Shown here: piece by piece, positions 1 through 10,596 of the stretch
Numbering within the stretch: the first letter of the stretch is position 1
Layout of the letters: each line of letters starts with the position of its first letter
Assembly (NCBI GenBank): GCA_963786955.1
Contig: CAWBAT010000004.1
Location: 480,001-544,000, forward strand
Length of the DNA stretch: 64,000 bases
Reading direction: 5' to 3'
Source: an uncultured Acidimicrobiia bacterium
GTDB taxonomy: Bacteria > Acidobacteriota > Terriglobia > Versatilivoradales > Versatilivoraceae
Translations under genes and position numbers: made by a program
The notes under the pieces: model-generated
Told to the model about the DNA's origin: nothing
The model's database searches: none
Seen by the model: only the letters and a program-made list of their open reading frames with translations

Positions 1-751
1 CACCTCCATCTGGATCCGTATGGACAATTTCCAATCCATACTCGTCTCCCACTTTAGGTTTGTGCCACTTGGGGTCGCTTTGGCTCAACGTCTCAGCCAT
101 CTTCACCCGAGCCTCGAGAATGAAGTCACCTTTTCCGGTGCCCCATGGGTTCATCTTAATTGAGTAATCACCGGCACCTTTTGGGATGGGTTCTTCAATG
201 TATGTTTTTCCCGGAGCACCATGACGCCACCAAGCACCATACTTCGGGTGGCTGACATCGATCACAAAACAAAAGGCATTGTCTCCCTGACCAAATGACT
301 CAGGGACTTCGTCCCGGGGAGCTTCAATGAACCAACAAATGCAGTCTTTAAAGTACCAACGTTTGTCTTCAGGAGCAGGATCGGCAACGTCATTGACGTT
401 GTCGTGCACCTCGGCTCCAAAGTACAAATAGGTCTCGTCCCACGCCATAAAATACCGAGCGTTTAGGTCGTCTTGGGGAGATGGCTCATTGCCATGGTCT
501 GTGAGTCGATTCCGGCCCGGCTCGTACCAGGAACTTTGTTGAACGCGGTAGATATCCCAGAGCCCGTCGGTAAAAGCCCAGGGCTTCCAATCCGACAAAT
601 CACCATCAATATTGGGAGGGTTTTCAAGCCGTGGGACCCGAATGACGGGGATAGCTGTCTGCGAATATGCGAAAGCAGAAATCAGGATTTGTCCAACAAC
701 CAGGAAGATCGCCATCGTCAACTTTTTCAGGCTTGGTTTTTTCTTTCTCAT
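1..751 (-). CDS. Secreted CBM9/DOMON-like sugar-binding domain protein (runs off the window edge; not in ORF track)
   Basis: Manual translation from ATG at 751: MRKKKPSLKKLTMAIFLVVGQILISAFAYSQ (signal-like), then PNIDGDLSDW and ARYFMAWDETYLYFGAEVHD, typical CBM9/DOMON-like motifs; frame open to position 1. Confidence 0.7.
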   Translation of the reverse strand, partial: MRKKKPSLKKLTMAIFLVVGQILISAFAYSQTAIPVIRVPRLENPPNIDGDLSDWKPWAFTDGLWDIYRVQQSSWYEPGRNRLTDHGNEPSPQDDLNARYFMAWDETYLYFGAEVHDNVNDVADPAPEDKRWYFKDCICWFIEAPRDEVPESFGQGDNAFCFVIDVSHPKYGAWWRHGAPGKTYIEEPIPKGAGDYSIKMNPWGTGKGDFILEARVKMAETLSQSDPKWHKPKVGDEYGLEIVHTDPDGG

Positions 752-1196
752 GATTATTTTATTCGGAAATCAATAATAGAGTTAGTTGGTTGCTTGTTTC
801 AACCGACCAATCTTACACTGAACCCCGTGACCCTCCGTATTCATTTTCGGACCGCTTGAAAATCCCATTGCCTCGTCATTGAGAGCGTTTGTTACTGTCA
901 AATATATCTCGCTCATGGGCCCGTAGATTCATGACATTCCCACTCATGCGAATCATTCCAGTCGACGATACAATAATTAGGGTTAGAAGAAGCTAGAATG
1001 AAATGTTTCTTTTTCTGCCTTCAGCTGCAAGAATGGCTGGGGCCAAATAATTTAACAGAAATTTCTGTGCGATAGGGAATAGAACTATTTTTCTTGACCG
1101 GATGCTGAGTTAGAGCAGATCCCTCCTTATTTGCCTTTCCACTCAATGGCTTTCGCGAAGTCTGAAATGTGCAGGACTTCGGAGTACTTGTGACGA

Positions 1197-3119
1197 ATGT
1201 GCGGCATATTTGGCAGTTTCAATCTAGATAGGAACTCCCCCTTGGATAGCCGTATCGCCCAACAAATGGGGGAACGTCTAAGGCATCGTGGGCCTGACCA
1301 GGAAGGCCTCTATCAGGATCAATCTATTTGCCTAGGACACCGGCGCCTCAGTATCATCGATTTGTCCGAAGCTGGCCGCCAACCGATGCCCAATGAGGAT
1401 GAGACCCTGTGGATTGTTTTTAACGGTGAAATCTACAATTACCAGGAACTGCGACCAGAACTGGAAAATCACGGTCATCGCTTCCGATCCAATGCGGATA
1501 CGGAGGTGATTCTACATCTGTTCGAAACTGAAGGGGAAGCCTGCGTCAACCGATTGCGCGGTATGTTCTCATTTGCAATTTGGAACTCACGTGACGAGAC
1601 ATTGTTTTTGGCGCGCGATCGCCTAGGTAAGAAGCCGCTCTACTATTATAGAGACTCTCGGGTTTTTGCTTTCGCTTCAGAAATGAAAGCATTACTTCTC
1701 CATCCTCGGGTTGCCAAAGAGATTGACCTCCAGGCCATCGACCAGTATTTGAGCTATCAATACATCCCCGCCCCACGCAGTATTTTCAGGGATATCCAAA
1801 AACTACCCCCTGCCCATTGTCTCATTTGCAAACGCAATGAATTTCGTTTCACGAAGTACTGGGAGCCGAATTTTTCACAAAAGATCTCCTTTCAATCAAC
1901 GAGCGAGCTGGAAGCAAGGGTCTTAAACCAGCTGGAGGAGTCTACCCGCATTCGACTTAAGAGTGATGTCCCGTTAGGGGCATTCTTAAGCGGAGGAGTC
2001 GACTCGAGCGCCGTCGTCGCAATGATGGCAAGAAACATGAATACACCGGTCAAGACATTTTCAATTGGGTTTGAAGAGGATGACTACAGCGAGCTCTCAT
2101 ACGCTCGCAGAATCGCAGATCTCTTTCAAACCGATCATCACGAGTTCATAGTAAAACCTGATGCCATAGAGGTTTTGCCAAAGCTGGTCTGGCACTATGA
2201 TGAACCGTTTTCAGATTCTTCAGCCCTTCCGACTTATTATCTCTCTCAAATGACACGGGGCCACGTGACGGTGGCCCTGAACGGGGACGGCGGAGATGAA
2301 GCATTCGCAGGCTATGAGAAGTATTTGGCCATGCAGTTCTTCTCCTACCTGAATCAGCTGCCTGGACGAGGCCGAAAGTGCCTACAGCGGGTGGGCGACA
2401 TTCTTCCTGAGCAAGCACAAAAGCGCAATCTCTTGCGGAAGTTTAAACGATTTTTGAGAACGAGTTCCGGAGATTTCACAACCGACTATCTTGGGTTAAT
2501 GACGCTCTTTGACGACAATTCGAAAAGGGCTCTTTACACTCCAGACTTTACCCGACGCCTTAAAGGTTATCCAACTGCGGACCGTTTCTTAAGCTCCCTT
2601 CTGGAACAGGGATCGTCTCTTCACTGGATCGATCGTATCTCCAGAACCGATTATGAGTCTTATCTTCCAAATGACCTCTTGGCAAAAGTTGACATTGCAA
2701 GCATGGCCCATTCGCTAGAACTTCGATCGCCTTTCTTGGACCACAAATTTGTAGAGTTCTCAGCGAGTTTACCCGCTCGGTTTAAATTACGTGGAACAAA
2801 AACAAAGTATCTGCTGAAACGGGCCTTGAAGGGGATTCTTCCTCATGACATTCTGAATCGGAAGAAAATGGGGTTTGGTGTCCCACTGAACCACTGGTTC
2901 CGTGGGCCATTGCGGGAATTTGCCAAGGATACCCTTTTGAGTGAGAAAAGCATCAACAGGAATTATTTTGAGCCCGTACAAGTGGGGCGGCTCCTGTCGG
3001 AACACTCCACAGGTAGAAAGGATCATGCTTACAAGATATGGAATCTGCTGGTTTTAGAGATTTGGCATCAAGTTTTTGTGGATGGTGCGACTCCAATGGC
3101 ACATCCCCTTGAGATCTGA
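1197..3119 (+). CDS. asnB: Asparagine synthase (glutamine-hydrolyzing) family amidotransferase, probably glycan-amidating
   Basis: N-terminal MCGI, HRGPD, RLSIID, FNGEIYN, LSGGVDSS, SLELRSPFLD; glycosyltransferase neighbourhood. Confidence 0.92.
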   Translation: MCGIFGSFNLDRNSPLDSRIAQQMGERLRHRGPDQEGLYQDQSICLGHRRLSIIDLSEAGRQPMPNEDETLWIVFNGEIYNYQELRPELENHGHRFRSNADTEVILHLFETEGEACVNRLRGMFSFAIWNSRDETLFLARDRLGKKPLYYYRDSRVFAFASEMKALLLHPRVAKEIDLQAIDQYLSYQYIPAPRSIFRDIQKLPPAHCLICKRNEFRFTKYWEPNFSQKISFQSTSELEARVLNQLEESTRIRLKSDVPLGAFLSGGVDSSAVVAMMARNMNTPVKTFSIGFEEDDYSELSYARRIADLFQTDHHEFIVKPDAIEVLPKLVWHYDEPFSDSSALPTYYLSQMTRGHVTVALNGDGGDEAFAGYEKYLAMQFFSYLNQLPGRGRKCLQRVGDILPEQAQKRNLLRKFKRFLRTSSGDFTTDYLGLMTLFDDNSKRALYTPDFTRRLKGYPTADRFLSSLLEQGSSLHWIDRISRTDYESYLPNDLLAKVDIASMAHSLELRSPFLDHKFVEFSASLPARFKLRGTKTKYLLKRALKGILPHDILNRKKMGFGVPLNHWFRGPLREFAKDTLLSEKSINRNYFEPVQVGRLLSEHSTGRKDHAYKIWNLLVLEIWHQVFVDGATPMAHPLEI

Positions 3120-3200
3120 ATTCAATGGAAAGAACACATGCAGTTACTTCATTCTTCCTTTGACCCGAAATGGACCGGGGGCGCCTAGGCGGAACATGCA

Positions 3201-4373
3201 ATGATGCATTCAAAGTCGCAACCTCTTAAGCGAATCCTTTTCATTGCCACGACCACCCATATTGGAGGGGCCGAGAAAATTCTTTCCGCGATTGCGAAAC
3301 ATCTCCATCAAGAGGGAGTGAGTGTCGCGGTTTGCTCTTTGAAGCACAAAGGCCCCTATGGAGAGCAACTCGAATCGCTCGGGATTCCTGTTTACTCATT
3401 AGATATGGCAAACGACTCTGGCTTTCATGGGGTTTTGTCCTATCTGTTTTCCCTTCCCAGGCTCATCAGTAAGATTAGATCCTTCCGCCCTCAAATCATT
3501 CACGCCTTTCTTTTTCGCGCCAATCTCCTGGCCCGCATCGCGGCAAATCTCTGTCGAGTCTCCATTAACATCTCATCGATACGAATTATTGAAAACGACC
3601 GTCCCTTTTATTTCTTCTTGGACCGTCTGACTTCATCTCTCGTGACTCAATATCTAGCGGTTTCAGAGCGCGTCAAGGAGGTCACTTGTAAACGTTCCCA
3701 CATCGATGCTGAAAAGGTCCGGGTCATTCGCAATGGAATTGATCTCTCTATCTTTACTTCCAGCGGTCGGGCCGAAGATCACGGCAATTCCGTCTTACAA
3801 TTTGGTATCGGACCCCACTCACTTGTGTGCGGAACGGTGGCACGACTTCATCATCAAAAAGGGATTCGACATTTGATTGATGCCTTTGCCTTGTTGCGAT
3901 GCGAATTTCCAGATTTGAAGCTGCTAGTTGTAGGAGATGGACCGGAGCGAGTTAACCTGGCCAATCAGGCAGCAGCATTAGGGGTCTCCCAAAACGTTAT
4001 CTTTGCAGGGGAAAGGAATCCACCGGTTCATTGCCTAAGGTTGATGAATGTTTTTGTCTTGCCTTCTCTCTATGAAGGATTTCCCAATGCCGTATTGGAA
4101 GCCATGGCCGCGCTCGTTCCAGTCGTTGCTTCAGATGTGGGTGGCGTTGGTGAATTGGTGCGCCATGAACAGAACGGCTTACTTGTGCCGCCAGGAAGCC
4201 CGTCCAGGCTGGCAGATGCAATTCGCTCGCTCCTGCTAAACCCCGAAAAAGCAAGAGTCATGGCCACTTTGGCCTATGATCGAATTAGAAGAGAATTCAG
4301 TCTCGACGGCATGCTTCAAGAATACGATGATTTTTACGAAGAACTGTTGTCCAAAGAATCTTGTTGCGGGTAA
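3201..4373 (+). CDS. Glycosyltransferase family 4 (GT-B)
   Basis: GGAE, ARLHHQKG, EGFPNAVLEAMA (EX7E). Confidence 0.92.
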   Translation: MMHSKSQPLKRILFIATTTHIGGAEKILSAIAKHLHQEGVSVAVCSLKHKGPYGEQLESLGIPVYSLDMANDSGFHGVLSYLFSLPRLISKIRSFRPQIIHAFLFRANLLARIAANLCRVSINISSIRIIENDRPFYFFLDRLTSSLVTQYLAVSERVKEVTCKRSHIDAEKVRVIRNGIDLSIFTSSGRAEDHGNSVLQFGIGPHSLVCGTVARLHHQKGIRHLIDAFALLRCEFPDLKLLVVGDGPERVNLANQAAALGVSQNVIFAGERNPPVHCLRLMNVFVLPSLYEGFPNAVLEAMAALVPVVASDVGGVGELVRHEQNGLLVPPGSPSRLADAIRSLLLNPEKARVMATLAYDRIRREFSLDGMLQEYDDFYEELLSKESCCG

Positions 4374-4469
4374 ATTCCCCCACTCTCCACCCCGTTTCAG
4401 AAAGAAAGTTTATGAGAGGGGTAGTATTATCTCGGCCTTAACTCGCCGGATAGATCTGGGTCATTCCCC

Positions 4470-5465
4470 ATGCTAGTCTACGTCGCGACTTTCATACTGG
4501 CTTTTTTGCTGTCTTCTTATTTAACACCTGTGTGTCGGCAGGCAGCTTTGAAGTTTGGAATTATGGATAAGCCCGACAGCTTATTGAAGAAGCAAAAGGA
4601 ACCGGTTCCCTATCTGGGGGGGTTAGCAGTCTATCTTTCCTTTCTTCTCACGACGGCTTTGATCTATCAATATAGTCGAGAAGTATTAGGAATCTTGCTG
4701 GCAGGCGCCATTGTAGTCATCTTGGGATTGATTGATGACTTGGGCGTGTTGAGTCCAAAAATTAAATTATTGGGGCAATTTATCGCAGCAGCGGTCCTCG
4801 TCAAGGCATCGATCTATATTAAGCTTTCCATTTTTCCGCCTTGGTTTGCGATAGCTCTGACTATCCTATGGGTTATGGCCATCACCAATGCCTTGAATTT
4901 GATTGATATCATGGATGGCTTGGCATCCGGTGTGGGGGCGATTGCGGCGGTATTCTTGGTAGTGATCAATTTTCAAAGCGGTAGAGAGTTTATTGTCCCG
5001 TTATCGATCGCCCTTGTAGGAAGTCTGGTGGGATTCCTAAGATACAACTTCCGCCCGGCAAAAATCTATTTGGGAGACACGGGCAGTTTATTTATCGGGT
5101 TGATGCTGGCGGCTCTATCCATGAATGGATCCTATACGCGATTCAGTCTATTAGGAACTCTTGCGCCAATTTTCATTCTTGGGGTACCCATCTTTGATAT
5201 GCTCCTCGTCATATACCTCCGATTTCGACGTGGAAACCCAATTATGCAAGGGAGCCCGGATCATTTCGCGCTCCGACTGCGTAAATGGAGATTGAACGTC
5301 GGACAAACGGTAATCCTAAGCTACGTGGCTGCAATCACGCTTGGAGCTTTGGGCCTGCTTTTGACCCGGTTGAATTCACAGGGAGTTTGTATCATTGTTT
5401 GCGCCACATTTTTCAGTTGTTTGTCGACTGCGTATTATTTGAAGAAAATCGACATGACTCTATGA
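4470..5465 (+). CDS. MraY/WecA-family undecaprenyl-phosphate sugar-phosphate transferase
   Basis: PVPYLGG, GLIDD, NALNLIDIMDGL, YNFRPAKIYLGDTGS; many TM helices. Confidence 0.9.
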   Translation: MLVYVATFILAFLLSSYLTPVCRQAALKFGIMDKPDSLLKKQKEPVPYLGGLAVYLSFLLTTALIYQYSREVLGILLAGAIVVILGLIDDLGVLSPKIKLLGQFIAAAVLVKASIYIKLSIFPPWFAIALTILWVMAITNALNLIDIMDGLASGVGAIAAVFLVVINFQSGREFIVPLSIALVGSLVGFLRYNFRPAKIYLGDTGSLFIGLMLAALSMNGSYTRFSLLGTLAPIFILGVPIFDMLLVIYLRFRRGNPIMQGSPDHFALRLRKWRLNVGQTVILSYVAAITLGALGLLLTRLNSQGVCIIVCATFFSCLSTAYYLKKIDMTL

Positions 5466-6625
5466 AAATCAAGATTGCGCGGATTATTACCCGGATGGAT
5501 CTTGGTGGCGCGCAACAAGCGGTTCTCTATCTCGGTGAACGTTTGGACCCAGCTTGTTTCGAGCAGATTGTCATCACTGGCCCGGGGGGGTTACTGCTCC
5601 CGGAATTAGAAAGGATTCGATGGATCAAGCATTATCAAGTTCCGGAATTACGACGTCATATCGGACCGTCCGGGCTTTGGTCAGACCTGCAAGCTACCAG
5701 GAAAATTCGGCGAATCCTTCAGTCCGAGAAACCTCATCTGGTCCATACCCACACTCCTAAAGCGGGCATCGTTGGAAGATGGGCCGCCTGGGCGGCCCGA
5801 ATCCCTGTGATACTGCATACTTTTCACGGATTTGGTTTCAGTGATTCCCATGGCGTCCTAAAAAGACAGCTTTATGTGGGGGTCGAGAGATTAACTGCAA
5901 AAATCACCACCCGTTTTGTCGCTGTCTCCGATCGAAACCGAATCAAAGGAGAGAATTATAAAATATTTCGAAGACAAGGCTGCTCCCTCATCCGGTCTGG
6001 AGTTGACCTCAACCTTTTTGGAAAGTCAGGGGTCTCGAAAGTCCAAAAAAAAATGGAGTTAGGCGTGGCTCCAACCGATATGATCGTAGGGACCGTGGCT
6101 TCGTTTACGCCTTCGAAGGGGCTGCATCATTTCTTACAGGCTGCCTGCAAAATTAGGAACAAGCTGCCCGGAGTCCGTTTTGTCATCGTGGGGGATGGTA
6201 GCCTACGACCGCAGTTGGAAATGTTAATCAAGCAATTCCAACTTCAAGACGCAGTGATGTTATTGGGATGGAGAAGAGACATCCCGGACCTTCTCGAGAC
6301 CTTTGATGTCTTTCTCTTGACTTCTCTTTGGGAAGGACTTCCCAGAGTTCTAGTGGAAGCGGCTCTTACCGGGGTTCCCATTGTTGCAAGCAATGTGGAT
6401 GGAGTCCCCGAAATCACGCAGGATGGGGAGAACGGCTTCCTCGTGACTCCCGGGGAGACCCAGGAGATGGCAGACCGAATCGTTTACCTGCTCGGCGACC
6501 AGACCCTCCGGACCACAATGGGGCAACGGGGCCGAACTATTGCTGAAAGTTTTTCGCTAGAAAAAATGTTAAGCGACTACTCGGCGCTCTATTTTGACTT
6601 GGTGGCGAATCCGGTGAGGGTCTAA
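5462..6625 (+). CDS. Glycosyltransferase family 4 (GT-B)
   Basis: Start reassigned to ATGA overlap at 5462 (MKIKIARIITR); GGAQ, HTHTPKAG, HTFHG, EGLPRVLVEAA. Confidence 0.9.
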   Translation: MKIKIARIITRMDLGGAQQAVLYLGERLDPACFEQIVITGPGGLLLPELERIRWIKHYQVPELRRHIGPSGLWSDLQATRKIRRILQSEKPHLVHTHTPKAGIVGRWAAWAARIPVILHTFHGFGFSDSHGVLKRQLYVGVERLTAKITTRFVAVSDRNRIKGENYKIFRRQGCSLIRSGVDLNLFGKSGVSKVQKKMELGVAPTDMIVGTVASFTPSKGLHHFLQAACKIRNKLPGVRFVIVGDGSLRPQLEMLIKQFQLQDAVMLLGWRRDIPDLLETFDVFLLTSLWEGLPRVLVEAALTGVPIVASNVDGVPEITQDGENGFLVTPGETQEMADRIVYLLGDQTLRTTMGQRGRTIAESFSLEKMLSDYSALYFDLVANPVRV

Positions 6626-6694
6626 ATAGATCCTATTTCCCGTTCGGGTTCCAGCCTGTGGTTTTCAAGGATGCTTTAAACGGAATTTTGACTT

Positions 6695-7504
6695 ATGCTA
6701 ACCGTAAAAGAAATGACTGTTACGGCCGAGAAGTCGTCCGAACAGAATAAGCCAACACTCGAGAACCTTCCCCAAATGCAACCGAAGATTGTCATCGTCA
6801 TGCCCGCCTATAATGCGGCACTGACGCTTGAAAAAACATACTATGCTATTCCAAAAGGAAGCTACGACCAGATTATCCTGGTCGACGATGCCAGCTCTGA
6901 CGACACACTGGAAGTCGCCACGAAACTGAACATCACCAGCATCCGTCACAGAAAGAATCGGGGCTATGGAGGCAATCAGAAAACCTGCTACACCATGGCA
7001 TTGAAGGAAGGTGCGGATATCGTGGTCATGTTGCACCCAGATTATCAATACGATCCCAGCATCGCCAAAGACATCGTCCAGCCTATCCTGAGGAATGAGG
7101 CGGACGTCGTACTGGCATCCAGAATGCTGGGACATCCGTTAAAAGGGGGAATGCCCTTCTACAAATATATTGCAAATCGTTTCCTTACAGGCCTGGAGAA
7201 TATTGTCCTCCGAACCCACTTTACCGAATTCCATACCGGCTATCGCGCTTACAACCGTCATGCTTTGGAGTCGGTCAATTTTGAGGCCAATTCCGAGAAT
7301 TTTGTCTTTGACAACGAAATCCTGGTTCAGTTTGTCCTTAAGAAACTGCGCTTCAAGGAGATCCCTGTTTCAACCCGCTATGCCTTTGATTCTTCTTCGG
7401 TGAGCTTCAAATCCGGTGTCATTTATGGGCTTTCCATTCTGGTGACTATTCTCAAGTACCTGCTTTTCAAATGCCGAATCATCAAGTTCAAACAATTCAA
7501 CTAG
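6695..7504 (+). CDS. Glycosyltransferase family 2, polyprenol-phosphate sugar (DPM-synthase-like) synthase
   Basis: MPAYNAA, VDDASSD, NRGYG, LHPDYQY, EFHTGYRAY. Confidence 0.88.
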   Translation: MLTVKEMTVTAEKSSEQNKPTLENLPQMQPKIVIVMPAYNAALTLEKTYYAIPKGSYDQIILVDDASSDDTLEVATKLNITSIRHRKNRGYGGNQKTCYTMALKEGADIVVMLHPDYQYDPSIAKDIVQPILRNEADVVLASRMLGHPLKGGMPFYKYIANRFLTGLENIVLRTHFTEFHTGYRAYNRHALESVNFEANSENFVFDNEILVQFVLKKLRFKEIPVSTRYAFDSSSVSFKSGVIYGLSILVTILKYLLFKCRIIKFKQFN

Positions 7505-7509
7505 AGAGA

Positions 7510-8451
7510 ATGAAGCTTAGCCCCTGTATCGCCTGTGATTCTCTGGAGTTCTTGGTTTCTCCAACCATACAGCCCGCCGTTCAGTTGATTCAATGTAAAC
7601 AATGCGGGATTTCTTACACTGATCCGCGACCCAATCTTACAGAACTCGAGAAACATTATTCAGCAACGTACTATGGCCCGGAAAATGTAAAGTTTCTAAA
7701 TGTCGTGGAAAGTCTGGTTGGCTGGATCACAGGGATGCGTGCCCGAAGAATTCATGAAATGGTTGCCCCTCATAGTCGGATTCTTGAGATCGGTTGCGGG
7801 AGAGGGTTGCTTCTCAAACAACTCGCCCAATTAGGACATGAATGCCACGGCTCGGAGCGTTCAGAGTTAGCTGCCCAAAGAGCTCGCAAAACCGTTGGTT
7901 TGCGGATCTACACCACCCCGCTGGCAGAGAGTGGCTTGGAACCCCGTTCTTTCGATCTGGTCATTTTGTGGCATGTGCTGGAACATTTGGAAGAGCCTGA
8001 GCAATACTTGAGTCTCATTAATCGCATGCTAAGACCCGGCGGACTCTTGCTTCTGGAAGTTCCAAATTACAGCAGCCTTCAGTCTCAATTCTCAGGAAAA
8101 CACTGGTTCCACTTGGATCTTCACCGGCACCTCACTCATTTCAGCAAGAAGGGCCTCAATGAATTACTAAGCAAATCACGATTCCAAGTTAGGGAGCAGA
8201 GCACCTTTTCGTGGGAGCAGTGTCCTTTTGGGGCATTGCAGAGCTCCTTAAACCTTTTGGGATTCTCCACAGAATTGCTTTATCGGCTGCTTAAAAGAGA
8301 AATTTCACCACCGTGGCACCAAAAAGCCCTTCAATTCCTGATAGCTGGAATGTTGGCGGTGCCGGCAACCTCGTTTTCAGTTGTGGAGGCTCTGCTGGGA
8401 AGAGGCGGGGTCCTTCGGACAGTGGCGAGGAGTCAGCCACAGATGCAGTGA
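7510..8451 (+). CDS. Class I SAM-dependent methyltransferase with N-terminal Zn-ribbon
   Basis: CIAC...CKQC, LEIGCGRG, WHVLEH, LEVPN; start at ATG 7510. Confidence 0.85.
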   Translation: MKLSPCIACDSLEFLVSPTIQPAVQLIQCKQCGISYTDPRPNLTELEKHYSATYYGPENVKFLNVVESLVGWITGMRARRIHEMVAPHSRILEIGCGRGLLLKQLAQLGHECHGSERSELAAQRARKTVGLRIYTTPLAESGLEPRSFDLVILWHVLEHLEEPEQYLSLINRMLRPGGLLLLEVPNYSSLQSQFSGKHWFHLDLHRHLTHFSKKGLNELLSKSRFQVREQSTFSWEQCPFGALQSSLNLLGFSTELLYRLLKREISPPWHQKALQFLIAGMLAVPATSFSVVEALLGRGGVLRTVARSQPQMQ

Positions 8452-8571
8452 TTTTGTTTCCCCGATGTTTCAGTCTATCCGATTTGAAGTACGCTCCAGC
8501 GTTGATAAGGGAAAAGGAAAATGGGGACGCATGTATCACAATTCAAGGCAGCAGTTTAGAGTCGCGTAACA

Positions 8572-10515
8572 ATGGACACCTGGCAGGACCCTTCTTTCCA
8601 TGGCCTTACTTCTGCGGACAGAAACGGTATCTCTATGAGTTCGGCTCCGGAGACTCCATCTCATCTGTCCGCGCCAGGCTTCGCGGTTGCTAAACTGAAA
8701 GCATGGCTTCCCCGTCAAAGAGATCAATACGGCGGGTTGGGCGTTATCCTTTTAGCTACTTTTCTTCTATATCTCTTTTCCCTCCCAAAGGAATTCACCA
8801 ATTGGGATGATCCCGAATACATTCTAAATAACCCGCTGATCCGCTCTCTAAGCCTCACTAATCTGAATAGGATACTCACCGAGCCGTTTTTCGCAAACTA
8901 CGCTCCGGTAACCCTGCTGTCTTACGCACTCGACTACCGTTTCTTTGGTCTTAAGGCGGCTGGCTACCACATTCACAATGTCCTGCTTCACCTTGCCTGT
9001 ATCGTGACCCTTTACTTTCTGCTCCTTAAGTTAGGCCTGTCAAAACGAGTGGTTTTATTGAGTGCTTTGCTGTTTGCGGTTCATCCCGTAAACGTGGAGT
9101 CCGTCAGTTGGGCGTCCGAACGTAAGAACTTGTTGGCCACTTTTTTCTTTCTCCTCTCTTTTTATCAATACATTCGCTACCGGGAACTTGGCTCGAGGGC
9201 CCATTATTTAGGCTCCCTCCTGTTCTTTCAACTTTCGATTCTTTCTAAGGCAAGTACGGTGGTAGGCCCCCTAGTTTTCCTTCTTTATGATTATTGCTTC
9301 CATGGAAAGAAAATCAGGGAGCTCACTCTTTATGACAAGATCCCTTTTATTGCTTCAGCCGAGATCATCACCTTCTTTTCCATCAACGCCGCGGGGGCAA
9401 GATCGGCTTTGCATTCGTACCATACCGGGGGTCCATTGCTCAGTTTATTTGCGGCTGGCGATTTGTTCCGGCAATATTTTATGTTGATGTTTTGGCCCAC
9501 AGAGTTGTCGGCTCTGTATATTGCCTTGAAAGCCCCGTCTTTCCGGGATATCGGATATTGGATCCCTCTTCTCTTGTCGTTGGCAATCACGGTTGCACTT
9601 CTGTTGAAATCCAAAAGACTCCTGTTCTGGTGGGGCTTCTTCGTAATTTTTCTGATCCCGGTAATGAATATTGTCCCCTTACCGGTAATCATGGCAAACC
9701 GTTATTTGTACATTCCAGAGATTGGAATCTGGGTACTCTTGGCATCCCTTTTATTGTATGTCTTTGATGCCCTAAACAAATGGAAGCTGATTAGAGGGAC
9801 CTGCCTTGGAGTCATGGGGCTCTGGCTCGGAGTGCTCGTCTATAATGCGGTTGATCAAGCAAAGGCGTGGAAGAACACCCCGGCCCTCTGGAATGATGTC
9901 ATCGCCAAGAATTTCTATAACGAGGTCGCTCATTACAATTTGGGGCTTTATTACTACTCGAAGAAATTGGTCAACCGTGCAGGTCTGGAATACAAGATTT
10001 CGTTGGCCATTCACCCAGCCTATCATCTTTCGCTAATCGGACTCGGTGGGTACTACATTGAAAAAGGGCAACTCGACAAAGCAATTGAGCGTCTTTATCA
10101 TGCAGTTAACGTCAGTCCAGATGCCGACACAGCCCTAAATAATCTCGGCTCGGTCTATGTTCGTAAAGGGGATGTGCGCCGAGCCCTTTTCATGTTCTTC
10201 AGAGCCACTTATGTTAATCCCAGGAACATTGGCTCCCAGGACAATATTGCTGTGCTTTATCTTCGGATGGGCGAAAATGACGCCGCCCTGGAAGTAGCTC
10301 AGAACATGATTCGAAAATTTCCCGAACTGCCGGACGGGTACTTTCGATCGGGCTTCTGCCATGAGGCAAAGGGCCAATACAATGAAGCTCTGACGGCTTG
10401 GGAAAAGGCCAAAACGCGGACCAATCCAGGGGAAGAGATGATGAAGCAGATTGAGGCCGTTTCAGCGGCAGTTCGCGAGAAAATGGCGACCCAGCGAGCC
10501 CAGGCTGCAAATTAA
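8572..10515 (+). CDS. TMTC-like GT-C membrane glycosyltransferase with C-terminal TPR repeats
   Basis: NWDD loop, HPVNVESVSWASERKNLL, ANRYLYIP, about 11 TM segments then TPRs (AHYNLG, ALNNLG). Confidence 0.82.
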   Translation: MDTWQDPSFHGLTSADRNGISMSSAPETPSHLSAPGFAVAKLKAWLPRQRDQYGGLGVILLATFLLYLFSLPKEFTNWDDPEYILNNPLIRSLSLTNLNRILTEPFFANYAPVTLLSYALDYRFFGLKAAGYHIHNVLLHLACIVTLYFLLLKLGLSKRVVLLSALLFAVHPVNVESVSWASERKNLLATFFFLLSFYQYIRYRELGSRAHYLGSLLFFQLSILSKASTVVGPLVFLLYDYCFHGKKIRELTLYDKIPFIASAEIITFFSINAAGARSALHSYHTGGPLLSLFAAGDLFRQYFMLMFWPTELSALYIALKAPSFRDIGYWIPLLLSLAITVALLLKSKRLLFWWGFFVIFLIPVMNIVPLPVIMANRYLYIPEIGIWVLLASLLLYVFDALNKWKLIRGTCLGVMGLWLGVLVYNAVDQAKAWKNTPALWNDVIAKNFYNEVAHYNLGLYYYSKKLVNRAGLEYKISLAIHPAYHLSLIGLGGYYIEKGQLDKAIERLYHAVNVSPDADTALNNLGSVYVRKGDVRRALFMFFRATYVNPRNIGSQDNIAVLYLRMGENDAALEVAQNMIRKFPELPDGYFRSGFCHEAKGQYNEALTAWEKAKTRTNPGEEMMKQIEAVSAAVREKMATQRAQAAN

Positions 10516-10596
10516 GGAACGATCCCGACAATAATCTGCCACAATTTGGAACCCATTGAAAGCCCCCGGAGACATCGATTCGAGAGGTAGAATTTC

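Noticed and set aside
473-859. Plus-strand 128-aa ORF from the track
   Set aside because: Antisense shadow of the minus-strand CBM9/DOMON-like gene
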